Shown: positions 1 through 10,749, counted from the stretch's first letter. The stretch: DNA of 64,000 nt from an uncultured Flavobacteriaceae bacterium (GCA_963793365.1 CAWBZP010000003.1:275698-339697); one strand, 5' to 3'. Numbers and translations: made by a program. Notes: a model not told the origin generated them from the letters alone.

Positions 1-1008
1 GAAACTCAGACCCCTTTAAGGTGGCAATGACATTGTGGGCGGGCACTAATTTCCAGTCGAATGTGAGTTTTAAATGGACCTTTGCAGGACCGGGCCCAAT
101 ATGGTAGGTTATTGGTAAACCTCCACGCCATGATTCTGGTGCCACGGCACCGTCCAATGCAGCCAATAAGGGTTGCGCATCTTCATAGGATATGGGTAAC
201 ACGGGTATTTTTGTGATGGTAGGGGCATCCTTTCTATCCAAACGTTTTGCATCCTTGGTAGCACCGTATCCCGGGGTTAAAACATCACCGGGGTAGGTAG
301 GCATATCCATTACGGAACCTCGTTGCACACCCGTTTTATTTTTGAAGGCCCCTTTGGGGTATACATCACCTTGTCCGTATCCGTCGTCTTGGGGATCGGA
401 ATAGATAATACACCCAATCGCTCCTTTTTCAGCCGCCAACTTTGGCTTAATTCCCCTCCAAGATCCTGGTATTTTGCGATAACGATTTTGCCTTCAACAC
501 TGATTCCCAATTTTTCAAGTTCCTCGTAGTCCTTGGGAATACCATAGTTTACAAAAACGAGTTCGGCTTCTACATCACCATCGGTAGAGAAAGCATTGTA
601 GCTTGGCAGAAGTGCATCACCTTGAGCCGTAAATGGATCGCCCTCTACGGGTACGGCGGTAAGTTTTGCCGTGTAGCTCGTTGGACCGGTTAACTCCAGC
701 ACCCGTTCCGTAGGATACGGAAATAGAATTTGATAGGTCTCGATTTTAGCATCATAGCCCCAGGACTTGAATAGGCTTTGCATCCATTTGGCATTCTCCG
801 CTCCATATTGGGTACCTACCCAATGCGGCTCGGCAGCCATTCTCTGCATCCATTGGTCCAAGTTTGTGGCAGTTAATTTTTCTTCAAAAGACTTTTCTAA
901 TTGTAGTTGTGCATCAACTTTCTCCTCGGAAAACCCGGTAATGGAGTTTTGGGCGTTCAATGAAATTAAAAATAAGGCAAAAAATAAAGTGGAAAATTTT
1001 CGTAGCAT
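1..1008 (-). pseudogene. M28-family peptidase with PA domain (glutamate carboxypeptidase II / NAALADase-like), frameshifted; 3' end outside window
   Basis: ORF 310..1008 gives a signal peptide and a GCPII-like N-terminus up to ...VEGKIVIAKY, then nonsense and a stop at 310. The same strand read one frame over, from ~466 down to position 1, gives GSWRGIKPKLAAEKGAIGCIIYSDPQDDGYGQGDVYPKGAF...KVHLKLTFDWKLVPAHNVIATLKGSEF with no stop. That is the expected continuation, so one base appears missing near 466-469. Confidence 0.7.
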
Positions 1009-1060
1009 ATAAAGATTTTTGAACAGGAAAGTTACTGATTTATTATTTGAAAAACTGAAC

Positions 1061-1735
1061 TTACATGGCTTCTGAATTCTTCAGCAGAATTTCAATATCG
1101 TTAATCAGTCGATCGATTTCAACATCTTTAGTACCCTCGTAAATTCCTCTAATTTGTTTCTTGGTGTCAACCAAAATAAAATTAGGGGTATGAATAAAAT
1201 CCTGAAGAAGTCCGTCTCCAATATCATTTACTGCGAAATAACTTCTTCTGGCCAGTTCGTAAATATGTTCCTTATCCCCGGTTGTTATATTCCACTTAAA
1301 ATCCTTGGCATTATAGCGCTGCGAGTAGGCCCATAGGAGCGGAACACTATCCATTTCGGGAGTAACGGAAAGCGATAAAAGCTTCACTTTATCCTTTTTT
1401 AGAAAACGTAATTGTAACCTTTCCATATTTCTGGCCATAAGAGGGCATATGCCTGGGCATCGTGTAAAAAAGAAATCGACAACATAAACCTTATCTTTAT
1501 AATCATCTTGTGTTATAGTCTTTCCATTTTGGTTTATTAAATGAAAATCAGATACGGTATGGTTCGCCTCGACACTTTGTTTACTTACGTCCATTAGTGC
1601 CGGATTTAAATCCGTCGGATTATATATGGGTAACTCCTTTTGATGAAACACTATAAAATAAACGATAAAACCTATAGAAATAAGAAAAACGGATAAAGTC
1701 CATCCGATATACTTCCGATTAGGATTGAATTTCAT
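1061..1735 (-). CDS. SCO1/SenC family copper chaperone / thioredoxin-fold protein
   Basis: 224 aa with an N-terminal TM anchor and the motif FFFTRCPGICP (CxxxC) typical of SCO1/SenC. Confidence 0.85.
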   Translation of the reverse strand: MKFNPNRKYIGWTLSVFLISIGFIVYFIVFHQKELPIYNPTDLNPALMDVSKQSVEANHTVSDFHLINQNGKTITQDDYKDKVYVVDFFFTRCPGICPLMARNMERLQLRFLKKDKVKLLSLSVTPEMDSVPLLWAYSQRYNAKDFKWNITTGDKEHIYELARRSYFAVNDIGDGLLQDFIHTPNFILVDTKKQIRGIYEGTKDVEIDRLINDIEILLKNSEAM

Positions 1736-1764
1736 GCAAATTTTGTTTTTACATTATGTATTTT

Positions 1765-3495
1765 CTATAAAATAGAAGTAGTTATAGAAATATCGGCATG
1801 TTCCCAGGCTTTGTCAAACTCTTGTTTAATGGTCTCTGCTTCGTCCATTTTATCCTGTGCCCTTAAACTTTGATATAACCCCATGAGAGACCAGCCGTTT
1901 TGTCGTAAGACCTTCAAATCTTCCTTATAAACTTTTTCGGCTTCCTCGAATTTTTTAGCGGCTACTAGTACTGCCCCTAAATTTTGCCTTGTGGGAATAT
2001 ACCATGCAGCGGGTTCGGTGTAAACCAGGCCATCTTCCAATTCCACGGCTTTCTCTAAGTGCGCTATGGCCTTTGGAAGATTGTCATTTAAACTGGCAAG
2101 CTCTCCTGCAACAACTTCATATGCTAAGTTGGCAATAGCTTTGCTATTATCGAAACCTGCTGCAACTAAATTCTCCATGGCAGGATCATTTATCATTTCT
2201 TGAATGGCCTCTAATTCTTCTTGTGCTTCTTTCGAATTGTTTTTTCTAACAAAAGCAATGCCCCTGGCATAGTGCCAAATTAATTTTAGATATTTTATTT
2301 CGGGATTTGGACTGGGAGTGGTTAGAATCTCGTTCCATTTTCCAAATCGCGTGTAGGCCAATAAGGGCACCGATGCAAAGTTCTGAAGGAAGGGCAAGGT
2401 TATTAATTCTCCCGCAGGCACTTTTTCCGCGGTTTTTTTGGCTGCGTCTATAGCGACCTTACTATCGCCTAATAAAGTTGCAGCGGACCATAGAAAATGT
2501 ATGTTGTGCGGATAGTATCCCAAAGGATACATACCTTGTGAATAACATTGTGAGATATAATCTTCATCGGCTAAAATAGCGGCCTCATTGACTTTTACGG
2601 CATCCAAATACCGTCCTACCCGGATATAAATGTGGGAAGGCATATGCACAATATGGCCCGCTGCAGGCATTAAGCCTCCTAATTTATCGGCGCTTACAAC
2701 GGCTAGGTCCGGATCGGGAAGCTCAACCATATGAATGTAATAATGATGGGCCCCAGGATTTTGAGGATTGAGAATCATGGCTCTTTCCAAGGCTATTTTT
2801 GCTTCCATAATATTCGGAGATGGGTTTCCATCGGAATCCCAATAATTCCATGGCACAGTATTCATTACAGAGGCCGCAAATAAAATTTGTACGTCGGCAT
2901 CCTCTGGAAATTGGTGTGCTACTTTGGTCATTGCACCCATATAGGCCATGTTTAAATCTTTCACATCCTTGGTCAAATCTTCGCTATAGCGATGGGTCAA
3001 TGCTTCAATTAACGCTTGTTCCTTTTTTGACGCATTCTTGGCATATTTTACGGCTTTTGCCAAGGCTTCATTATATTTTTCTTTTCTTTCGTCAAGAGGT
3101 TGGGGGTCGTTGATGTTTGGCCCTAAAACATAGGCTTGTCCCCAATAGGTCATTGGGGCGGTCGGGTCCAGTCTGGAAGCTTCCATGAACGAACGATGTG
3201 CCTCGGCATGGTTAAAGGCATACGTGAGCTTCATCCCTTGATTAAAGAAGGTCTGTGCCAATTTTTCCTTGGTGCTGATGGAAAAATTTAAATCACCAAG
3301 GTTTTCGAACAAGGGAGCAATTTGTTGCGTAGTATCAACATCATTCAACAGAAATTTGGCAACAGTACATTTCATTGAATAAAACGATGCTTTTTGGGTA
3401 TCATCCAAGCTTTTTTCTGCTGGGTTGGGAATCAAAAAAGAAATGACAATTAGCGCGGAAGCGGCGAGAAGGAGAAGTCCTATCCTTGTTTTCAT
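1765..3495 (-). CDS. Secreted TPR-repeat protein, function unknown
   Basis: 576 aa with a signal peptide and helical TPR-like repeats throughout. It sits directly upstream of the SCO1 gene on the same strand. Confidence 0.7.
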   Translation of the reverse strand: MKTRIGLLLLAASALIVISFLIPNPAEKSLDDTQKASFYSMKCTVAKFLLNDVDTTQQIAPLFENLGDLNFSISTKEKLAQTFFNQGMKLTYAFNHAEAHRSFMEASRLDPTAPMTYWGQAYVLGPNINDPQPLDERKEKYNEALAKAVKYAKNASKKEQALIEALTHRYSEDLTKDVKDLNMAYMGAMTKVAHQFPEDADVQILFAASVMNTVPWNYWDSDGNPSPNIMEAKIALERAMILNPQNPGAHHYYIHMVELPDPDLAVVSADKLGGLMPAAGHIVHMPSHIYIRVGRYLDAVKVNEAAILADEDYISQCYSQGMYPLGYYPHNIHFLWSAATLLGDSKVAIDAAKKTAEKVPAGELITLPFLQNFASVPLLAYTRFGKWNEILTTPSPNPEIKYLKLIWHYARGIAFVRKNNSKEAQEELEAIQEMINDPAMENLVAAGFDNSKAIANLAYEVVAGELASLNDNLPKAIAHLEKAVELEDGLVYTEPAAWYIPTRQNLGAVLVAAKKFEEAEKVYKEDLKVLRQNGWSLMGLYQSLRAQDKMDEAETIKQEFDKAWEHADISITTSIL

Positions 3496-3627
3496 TATGT
3501 TATTTTTAGGTTGTTTCTAAACTAAACTAATGAGGGAACAATTTTTTTAACAGGACCTTGATTTTCAGTCAGTTAAATATAAGGAATACAGCAACACTTT
3601 TATGTTTTTAACTGTTAAAAATTAATT

Positions 3628-4725
3628 TTAGTCCAAATGAATCGTTTTTTCTGTTTTTGAGCTTTCTATCGCTGCCTGAAGTATCTCCATAACGATCATA
3701 TTGTTTTCTAGGGAGTATACATTGTAGGGCTCTAATTTTAATTCTCCATTTATTACTGCTGCAAAAACGGAAAAAGGGTCATTAAAAGGTGCCGAGCGCT
3801 CTCCCAAAAATAAGGTCTCTTCCGTAAAATCACTGTATCCTTTGGAGCGCCTTATTCGCAACTGTGTAGGATTATCGGCATATATGGCGCCCTGCGTGCC
3901 GTATAGCTCCATATCCTTCCTGCCGATAGGCCAATTCCAGGAAGGTTCCAAGAGGGCCATTTCATTTTTGTAGGTCAAAATCAAGGTGGCATCATCATCT
4001 ACGTTAGGATTGTTTTCTGCTTGTAACTGTTGCGTGACGGCAGTAACCGTTAAGGGTTTCTCTCCGTTCATGATCCAGGTCATGAGGTTTGCACCATAAC
4101 AACCAAAATCCATAAGCGCCCCGCCACCGTTTAAAACCGGATCGGTAAGCCACTCTAGAAATTCGCTTGATACCCCAATTTTTTTTGGCCCTTTATGTCC
4201 GTCACGTATGATTACCTTTCTAAGGTCACCAATGGTTCCCTTTTCCAATAAGTCAACGGCCTTCACATTAGTCTCATACCAAGAGGTTTCGTAGTTGGTA
4301 AGCACATGAATGGAATGCGTATTGGCCAAGATTTCTATCTTTTGGGCATCGTCCAAGGTTGCGGCCAACGGTTTTTCAACCATTACGTGGATACCTTTAG
4401 GGGCGCAGGTCTCTACTACGTTCAAATGCACCTTGATATCGCCAAATGCCGCCACTGCCTCTGGCTTTGCTTTTTCAATCATTTCCTCTAGGCTATCGAA
4501 AACAATTTCCATTGAAAAACCGTATTCATTTGAAAGTCGTTTTGCTAAAGTTTTGTTTCGTTCCACAATGCCTACAAGTTGAATATCCGTTTGTTTTTCC
4601 CTGCCCAGAATCCAACCTACATGGCCATGAGTTAACCCGGCAACGCCTAATCTTACAGCTTTTCCCTGCGCATGGCTAAAAAGTGCGGAGAGAAAAAGTA
4701 TGATTAAAACAATGAATGTTCTCAT
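3628..4725 (-). CDS. Gfo/Idh/MocA family oxidoreductase (exported)
   Basis: 365 aa with a signal peptide followed by a Rossmann N-terminus (RLGVAGLTHGHV..., EKPLA motif). Confidence 0.85.
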   Translation of the reverse strand: MRTFIVLIILFLSALFSHAQGKAVRLGVAGLTHGHVGWILGREKQTDIQLVGIVERNKTLAKRLSNEYGFSMEIVFDSLEEMIEKAKPEAVAAFGDIKVHLNVVETCAPKGIHVMVEKPLAATLDDAQKIEILANTHSIHVLTNYETSWYETNVKAVDLLEKGTIGDLRKVIIRDGHKGPKKIGVSSEFLEWLTDPVLNGGGALMDFGCYGANLMTWIMNGEKPLTVTAVTQQLQAENNPNVDDDATLILTYKNEMALLEPSWNWPIGRKDMELYGTQGAIYADNPTQLRIRRSKGYSDFTEETLFLGERSAPFNDPFSVFAAVINGELKLEPYNVYSLENNMIVMEILQAAIESSKTEKTIHLD

Positions 4726-5103
4726 AGCGTTTTTTGGATTTCAATTGGTGCAGTAGATCATATACACAATATAGGGACTTTTAAAGCGGCTGTAGTACCC
4801 ATACTGGTATAAAAGGTAGTATATTTTTAATCCCAAACCAACCTCAAGTAGGGCTAATCACTATCCACCTGAAAAACAGTGTAATAACTTGGATGAAGTA
4901 TCAGGATATTTGTTCTTAGTGTTGCAAAAGATGGAGTTTGGTTTAAGCGCTATTAAGAATTGAAACCACTGTAAAGGATAATTTTTTAACTTTTGTTCAA
5001 TAGTATTAAAATAGGAATACGCCTAAGTAGAGATACTTTATTTCCTTTCCTTGTATTGACCAAGGCGCCGGATTTTGCCGATATTTAATTTTGAATACGA
5101 TAC

Positions 5104-5817
5104 TTATAAGCGCATTGGTACTTCCATCACCAGCACCTTGGCCGCTTTTGTAGCTTTAATAGTGAATGCATTGGTTTCCCAAATACCAAAACCGTCCCTT
5201 TTCTTTAAGGATTGATCGTTTACTTCCATTTCACCTTCCAACAAAAAAATATACACCCCATTTTTTTCTTTCTTCAACGTGTAGGTATCAATCTTACCAG
5301 CTTCATAATTCCCCATATGAAACCAAGCGTCTTGGTGAATCCAAACACCTTGATCAGTTGGGTTGGGCGACACTATTTGGTACAGGCCGTTTTTTGTTGC
5401 CATATCCCTTATAGAAATTTGGTCATACCTTGGTGTTACATTTTTCTTATTTGGAAAAATCCAAATTTGTAGAAATTTCACAGGTTCATCCTTGTTTTTA
5501 TTGTATTCGCTATGTGAAACTCCTGTGCCGGCACTCATTACCTGTAAATCTCCTTCTTTAATAACGGTGGAGTTGCCCATATTGTCCATATGCTGAAGAT
5601 CTCCTTCTAACGGAATGGAAATAATTTCCATGTTGTTGTGGGGATGGGTGCCGAAACCGCGCCCAGCAGTTACTACGTCGTCATTAAGAACTCTCAGAAC
5701 CCCAAAATTCATTCGATCCGGATCATGGTAATTTGCAAAACTGAAACTATGGTATGAATTTAACCAGCCATGATTTGCATGACCCCTCGTATTTGCTTTA
5801 TGTAAAACGGTTTTCAT
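5104..5817 (-). CDS. Pirin family protein
   Basis: 237 aa bicupin with metal-site motif GFGTHPHNNMEIISIPLEGDLQH. Confidence 0.9.
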   Translation of the reverse strand: MKTVLHKANTRGHANHGWLNSYHSFSFANYHDPDRMNFGVLRVLNDDVVTAGRGFGTHPHNNMEIISIPLEGDLQHMDNMGNSTVIKEGDLQVMSAGTGVSHSEYNKNKDEPVKFLQIWIFPNKKNVTPRYDQISIRDMATKNGLYQIVSPNPTDQGVWIHQDAWFHMGNYEAGKIDTYTLKKEKNGVYIFLLEGEMEVNDQSLKKRDGFGIWETNAFTIKATKAAKVLVMEVPMRL

Positions 5818-6005
5818 AGCTACTTTTAGATTTTTTCTTTGTCGAACACAATACTATAAAATTACAGATGTAGTTTTTCAGTAAGCTACCGCACTGCAAT
5901 TACGAACAAGTAGGGTTTATCTGTTTTGAATTGTTAGTATATCAATCCTTACTAGATACTTTTAAGTTGAATTAAACGTTTAGTCAAGCAATAACCCGTG
6001 GTATA

Positions 6006-6473
6006 ATGAAATTACCTTTCTTTTTAATAATAGCCGTCTTTTATTTAGGAGTTTACGGTCAAAATACCGCGGATGCCGCAAAGCATTTTGGAGCTGGAAT
6101 TGTGATTGGCGGAGCAGGCGGTTATGCAGCCCACAAGCTATTCAATGGACAACGTGGTTGGACTTGGGCCGGAGCCGTGGGCAGCAGTCTAGCGGCAAGT
6201 TTAGCAAAAGAGGCCCTTTACGACCAGCCAAGGGGCGCAGAGTGGGAATCGAGGGATGTATTTTTTACGACCCTGGGCGGTGTAGCTTCCGGTTTGGTTT
6301 TGGACTTGCTTCTAAAGAATAACAGAAGAAGAGGGGGTGGTGGTAAAGGAAGGAATTGCGGTTGCTTGGTAGCCGTTAATGGAACACCACCAACTGGCCA
6401 AACCATGTTGTACTTTGAGAACGGCTCCCGGAGCATCGCATCGGTGTTGGAGGCATCCTATTTGTTGCAGTAG
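6006..6473 (+). CDS. Hypothetical exported glycine-zipper protein
   Basis: 155 aa with a signal peptide, Gly/Ala-rich zipper segments (GAGIVIGGAGGYAA, GAVGSSLAASLA) and an RRRGGGGKGRNCGC patch. I recognise no family. Confidence 0.5.
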   Translation: MKLPFFLIIAVFYLGVYGQNTADAAKHFGAGIVIGGAGGYAAHKLFNGQRGWTWAGAVGSSLAASLAKEALYDQPRGAEWESRDVFFTTLGGVASGLVLDLLLKNNRRRGGGGKGRNCGCLVAVNGTPPTGQTMLYFENGSRSIASVLEASYLLQ

Positions 6474-6474
6474 T

Positions 6475-7809
6475 TTAAAGCAGCCCTTTCGCCTTAATTT
6501 CTAGATATTTATTGATGGTATTTAAGGTTAAGTCCTCTGGTTTGGTAAGAATGGTCTGTATCCCATAGTTACGCAATTCATTAACGACCAATTGCTTTTC
6601 GAAAATAAATTTTTCCGCAATGGTCTGCTCAAAAATTCCTTGCGTATTGGTTACGGTCTTTTTGGCAAATGTAGTCAGCTCCGTATTTTCGAAGAAAATG
6701 ACAACCAGCAAATGGTATTTGGCAATGGCTTGCAAATAAGGCAATTGTCTATGCAGCGCATCCAAGGTCTCAAAATTGGTATAAAGAAGCAAGAGGCTTC
6801 TTTGAGGCAAGTTGCGTTTCACATCAACATACAATCTGCTAAAATCGCTTTCTACAAAATTAGTCCTAAGATTATAGAGGGTCTCCAGAATAAGGTTCAT
6901 TTGCGAGCTTCGGCGTTCTGCAGCTACCCTATTCTCAATTTTATTGCTAAACGAAAACATGCCGGCCTTATCATTCTTTCTAAGGGCCACGTTACTAATG
7001 ACCAAGGTTGCGTTTATGGCATAATCCAAAAGGCTTAGGCCGTTAAAAGGCATTTTCATGACCCTACCTTTATCGATTATCGAGTAGACCGGTTGCGATT
7101 TCTCATCTTGAAATTGGTTTACCATAAGCTGCCCTTTTTTGGCAGTGGCCTTCCAGTTAATATTTCTGATATCATCTCCTTGGATATAGTCCTTGATCTG
7201 CTCAAACTCCATCGTGTGGCCAATACGTCTAATTTTTTTTATACCATATTCAAAAAGGCGGTTGCTTAAAGCAAACAGGTCGTATTTTCTAAGTTGCAGG
7301 AAAGAGGGGTAGACCGGTACGCTCTTCCCATGCTCAAAACTATATTTTCGCGAAAGTAAACCCACAGGGGAGGAGATAAATATGTTGAGATTTCCAAAGT
7401 TATATAGCCCTCTTTCCGTAGGTCGTATATGATAACTAAAGGATTTTTGTTCACCGCTTTTTAAAGTACTGACCAAGTTGAGGTCGCGTTTCTGGAATTG
7501 AAAGGGTAGCTCATCTATTATTTTTATTCGGATTTCAAAGAGGTGTTGATTTGTAACCGTTATTTTTATTGGGTTTTCATCACCGTTTGATAGCTTGTCC
7601 GTAACCATTCTTTGCGCAATGATGTCCCCTTTTGAGACAAAAAGGAGCAAACAATCCAATACCGTGAAAATCAGAAGGAGGTAAAACAGCGCTTTGGAGA
7701 AAATAAATACATTTTCAAGAATGAAAGATACCATAAAACAGAGAATTACCCCTGTTAGAACGAGGAAGAAACGTTGTTGAAAATAGAGGGGTCTAAACAC
7801 CTTTTTCAT
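6475..7809 (-). CDS. DUF58 domain protein (vWA-like, MoxR partner)
   Basis: 444 aa with two N-terminal TM helices and the motif NWKATAKKGQLMVNQF typical of DUF58. It lies immediately downstream of the MoxR ATPase gene. Confidence 0.8.
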   Translation of the reverse strand: MKKVFRPLYFQQRFFLVLTGVILCFMVSFILENVFIFSKALFYLLLIFTVLDCLLLFVSKGDIIAQRMVTDKLSNGDENPIKITVTNQHLFEIRIKIIDELPFQFQKRDLNLVSTLKSGEQKSFSYHIRPTERGLYNFGNLNIFISSPVGLLSRKYSFEHGKSVPVYPSFLQLRKYDLFALSNRLFEYGIKKIRRIGHTMEFEQIKDYIQGDDIRNINWKATAKKGQLMVNQFQDEKSQPVYSIIDKGRVMKMPFNGLSLLDYAINATLVISNVALRKNDKAGMFSFSNKIENRVAAERRSSQMNLILETLYNLRTNFVESDFSRLYVDVKRNLPQRSLLLLYTNFETLDALHRQLPYLQAIAKYHLLVVIFFENTELTTFAKKTVTNTQGIFEQTIAEKFIFEKQLVVNELRNYGIQTILTKPEDLTLNTINKYLEIKAKGLL

Positions 7810-7815
7810 TACGGA

Positions 7816-8814
7816 CTATCTTGGTATTTCTATGGTTTGGATTAAATCTTGAACTACTTTTTCAGCTGTGAAGCCCTCCATTTCCCGTTCTGGGGTCAAA
7901 ATTATTCTATGGCAAAGAATCGGGCCCACCACTTTTTTAATATCGTCTGGGGTAATAAAGTCCCTACCATTAATGGCCGCTACAGCTTTTGAAGCGTCTA
8001 AAATAGCGATAGATGCCCTGGGAGAGGCGCCTAGGTACAAATTGGCATTTGTTCTCGTATTGTTTACGATGGCCGCAATATACTTGAGTAAATTATCCTC
8101 CACGATAATATCTTTAATGATACGTTGGTATTCTGCTATTTGCGCAGCGGATAGAACGGAATTTATAAGCTCCTCAACAGCCGTGGTTTTTTGTTGGTGT
8201 TTGTGTTCCAAAATTTGTATTTCCTCATCCAGTGAGGGGTAGTTAACCTTAATTTTGAACAAAAACCGGTCTAACTGTGCTTCGGGCAGTCTATAGGTTC
8301 CTTCCTGCTCAATAGGGTTCTGCGTTGCAAAGACTAAAAATGGGGGCTGCATTCCATATTCCTTTCCGTCTATGGTAATTTGGCGCTCCGCCATTGCCTC
8401 AAACAATGCGGCTTGGGTTTTTGCAGGGGCCCTATTTATCTCATCGATCAATATAATATTTGAAAAAATAGGGCCTTTTTTGAACTCAAATTCAGACGTT
8501 TTGACATTAAAGATGGAAGTTCCCAAAATATCACTTGGCATTAGATCCGGGGTAAATTGAATTCTGCTGAAGTCAACGTTCATCGTCTTTGCCAATAATT
8601 TTGCCGTAACCGTCTTGGCGACTCCCGGCACTCCTTCGATCAACGAATGGCCATTGGCCAAAATGGAAACGATTAGTAAATCTATCATTTCTTGTTGACC
8701 GATAATTACTTTTCCCAATTCTGATTTTACGGTGGCTACGGATTCCTGAAGCTTTGAAAGGTCTACCCGTGCACTAAATTCTAAATTATCGTTATCTTGA
8801 ATGTTATCTTCCAT
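7816..8814 (-). CDS. MoxR family AAA+ ATPase
   Basis: 332 aa with Walker A GVPGVAKT and Walker B LIDEINRA; length and architecture are MoxR-like. Confidence 0.92.
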   Translation of the reverse strand: MEDNIQDNDNLEFSARVDLSKLQESVATVKSELGKVIIGQQEMIDLLIVSILANGHSLIEGVPGVAKTVTAKLLAKTMNVDFSRIQFTPDLMPSDILGTSIFNVKTSEFEFKKGPIFSNIILIDEINRAPAKTQAALFEAMAERQITIDGKEYGMQPPFLVFATQNPIEQEGTYRLPEAQLDRFLFKIKVNYPSLDEEIQILEHKHQQKTTAVEELINSVLSAAQIAEYQRIIKDIIVEDNLLKYIAAIVNNTRTNANLYLGASPRASIAILDASKAVAAINGRDFITPDDIKKVVGPILCHRIILTPEREMEGFTAEKVVQDLIQTIEIPR

Positions 8815-10024
8815 ATATAGGTGTAAAGGTTTTTAATTTCTCTGTTAGGGTTATTGTATCCTGTTCCGTATGTACTTGTTTTTGATTAAGTGCAACTATA
8901 AATTCTACCAATTGCTTGGCTTCCTGAATAGACTTGCCCGTTTTGATTGCTAATTGTTGCATAAACCGCTCATTTAGCAGGGAAGTATCCAAGTAATAGT
9001 TTTGACGTACATCAGATAAAAAGAAAGTAATCTTTTTTCTGTTCAGGTTGGTGTAATCTTTGTTTTGATGGTACAAGGAACCCACCGTACGTGCAAATTC
9101 TACCGAGGAATTTTCCAGGGGTTTAATAATCGGCATGATGCGTTGTTCCCGTTTGGCTTTGAATACGACAAATAGCAGTAATCCGCTTAAGGCAAGGTAA
9201 TAGCTCCATTTTAAGGCCGATTGGTTTAGAACAAAGCGAAGTGGCGATGTAATGATGACACGCCCACTTTTTTTATAATCGTCCCAATACAAGAATTCGT
9301 CTTTTAGGTACGAAAAGGTGTAGGCCACATAGTTGTTAGCATCGCTTAAAAGATAATAATTGGTATAGGCCACAGGTAGGGCGTTCACCAGAATATTCCC
9401 TTTACCGAATTCGGTCTTTATAAAATTAGGAGCCCTTTTTTTGACCGCCTTATCCTCTTGAATGAACTTTTTTTCCTCAAAGTTTATGTAACCAAGAATT
9501 TGAGTTTTCGCTGTGTCTATACTGGAAAAATAAGCAGGATAAACACCTCTATGATAATTGAAATAAGTGTTTTTATAGCGGTTGTTCGTGAGTTCAACCG
9601 AGACGGTATCCTCGCTAAAGTCATACCTTCGATCTATGGTAATGTTCAAGGTATCGGCTAAAAATCCGCCCAGATCACTGGTAGCAATAAAAACATCGTT
9701 TCCTTTGGCCACATAGTCTAACAGCTGGTTCGTTTCTTGTTTGTCCAACGAAACAAAATCATCAATGATCATATAGCTTGAGGTTATGGATGAATCCCTT
9801 CTTATTAAAAAGTCGTAAACACTTTCTTCGACTATTTCTATTTCAGTATTCGGAAAAATGGTGGAGAGTTCATTGAAAAGTATAAAGCACCCAAAAGGAA
9901 TTTTTGAACTTGCAGTATAGGAAGGACGCCAATTTAAAGGCCTGGGACGAACGATTTCAGTAACAATGATTCCAATGAGTACCGCGGCCAGGACACCTAA
10001 TAGAATTTTTGAACGCCTTTCCAA
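8804..10024 (-). CDS. DUF4350-like membrane-anchored protein
   Basis: 406 aa with one N-terminal TM and one late TM (YYLALSGLLLFVVF). Its position between the DUF4129-like and MoxR genes matches the conserved module. It overlaps the MoxR start by 11 nt. Confidence 0.65.
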   Translation of the reverse strand: MERRSKILLGVLAAVLIGIIVTEIVRPRPLNWRPSYTASSKIPFGCFILFNELSTIFPNTEIEIVEESVYDFLIRRDSSITSSYMIIDDFVSLDKQETNQLLDYVAKGNDVFIATSDLGGFLADTLNITIDRRYDFSEDTVSVELTNNRYKNTYFNYHRGVYPAYFSSIDTAKTQILGYINFEEKKFIQEDKAVKKRAPNFIKTEFGKGNILVNALPVAYTNYYLLSDANNYVAYTFSYLKDEFLYWDDYKKSGRVIITSPLRFVLNQSALKWSYYLALSGLLLFVVFKAKREQRIMPIIKPLENSSVEFARTVGSLYHQNKDYTNLNRKKITFFLSDVRQNYYLDTSLLNERFMQQLAIKTGKSIQEAKQLVEFIVALNQKQVHTEQDTITLTEKLKTFTPIYGR

Positions 10025-10025
10025 A

Positions 10026-10748
10026 TTATTGTGGTATTTGTTGGTTTAGGGAATCAAATTCCGATAATGATTTGTTGTAACGAACTGCATCGATGGTTTG
10101 TTCCCCATACCAGATATAGTCATATAAATAAGCTATTTTTTTAAAACCGGACTGTAGTGCCGGCGGCCTTATTTCGTTCAAATAGTCCGCGTTGGTTTTA
10201 TCAAAATGCCACGCAATGATATCCTTTTTTGAAAGCAGTTGTAGGCTTATCAAAAATTGATATCGAATGGCCAAGCGATAATTTTTTTCATCAATAGCAG
10301 CGTTTAACAGCTGGTTAATGTCAATTGCTTCTATATGCTCCTCACCCAGTTCAATAGTACTAATTGTTTTGGCCTTCTTGGAGAAAAGTGAATTGAAACT
10401 TTCGTTGGTAAATAATCTTACCAAAAGATAAATGGCCAATAGGGCCATGAGAAGGTATATCAGGAGCTCTAGGAATTGGAGTGCTTCAGGAGCCATTTGT
10501 ACCCCGAAAATTTGTTCCAGTCCTTGGCCTATCCAATTAAGAAAACGGGCCAAAAGATTTTGTGATTCCCCCGTTTTGGTTTCGTAGTTAAATTCTTCAC
10601 CTGTATACCTCTTGAAAAGATCATCGCCTAGTGATCGGTCAACCACGGTAGTCGTAGTATCGATTCTAATAATACTATCATTGCTCTGCTGCGAAAATGC
10701 AAAACATCCCATCACTGAAAATACTAAAAGCGCCGTTCTTTTTTTCAA
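10026..10748 (-). CDS. DUF4129-like protein
   Basis: 240 aa with a signal peptide, a central TM (LELLIYLLMALLAIYLLV) and a C-terminal helical domain. The assignment comes from gene context and overall shape. Confidence 0.6.
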   Translation of the reverse strand: MKKRTALLVFSVMGCFAFSQQSNDSIIRIDTTTTVVDRSLGDDLFKRYTGEEFNYETKTGESQNLLARFLNWIGQGLEQIFGVQMAPEALQFLELLIYLLMALLAIYLLVRLFTNESFNSLFSKKAKTISTIELGEEHIEAIDINQLLNAAIDEKNYRLAIRYQFLISLQLLSKKDIIAWHFDKTNADYLNEIRPPALQSGFKKIAYLYDYIWYGEQTIDAVRYNKSLSEFDSLNQQIPQ

Positions 10749-10749
10749 G

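Noticed and set aside
6475-8814. MoxR plus DUF58 as the Bacteroides-type Bat aerotolerance operon.
   Set aside because: The defining BatA/BatB vWA and BatC/BatE TPR genes are absent. The partners here are DUF4350-like, DUF4129-like and SpoIIM-like proteins, so I treat it as a different module.
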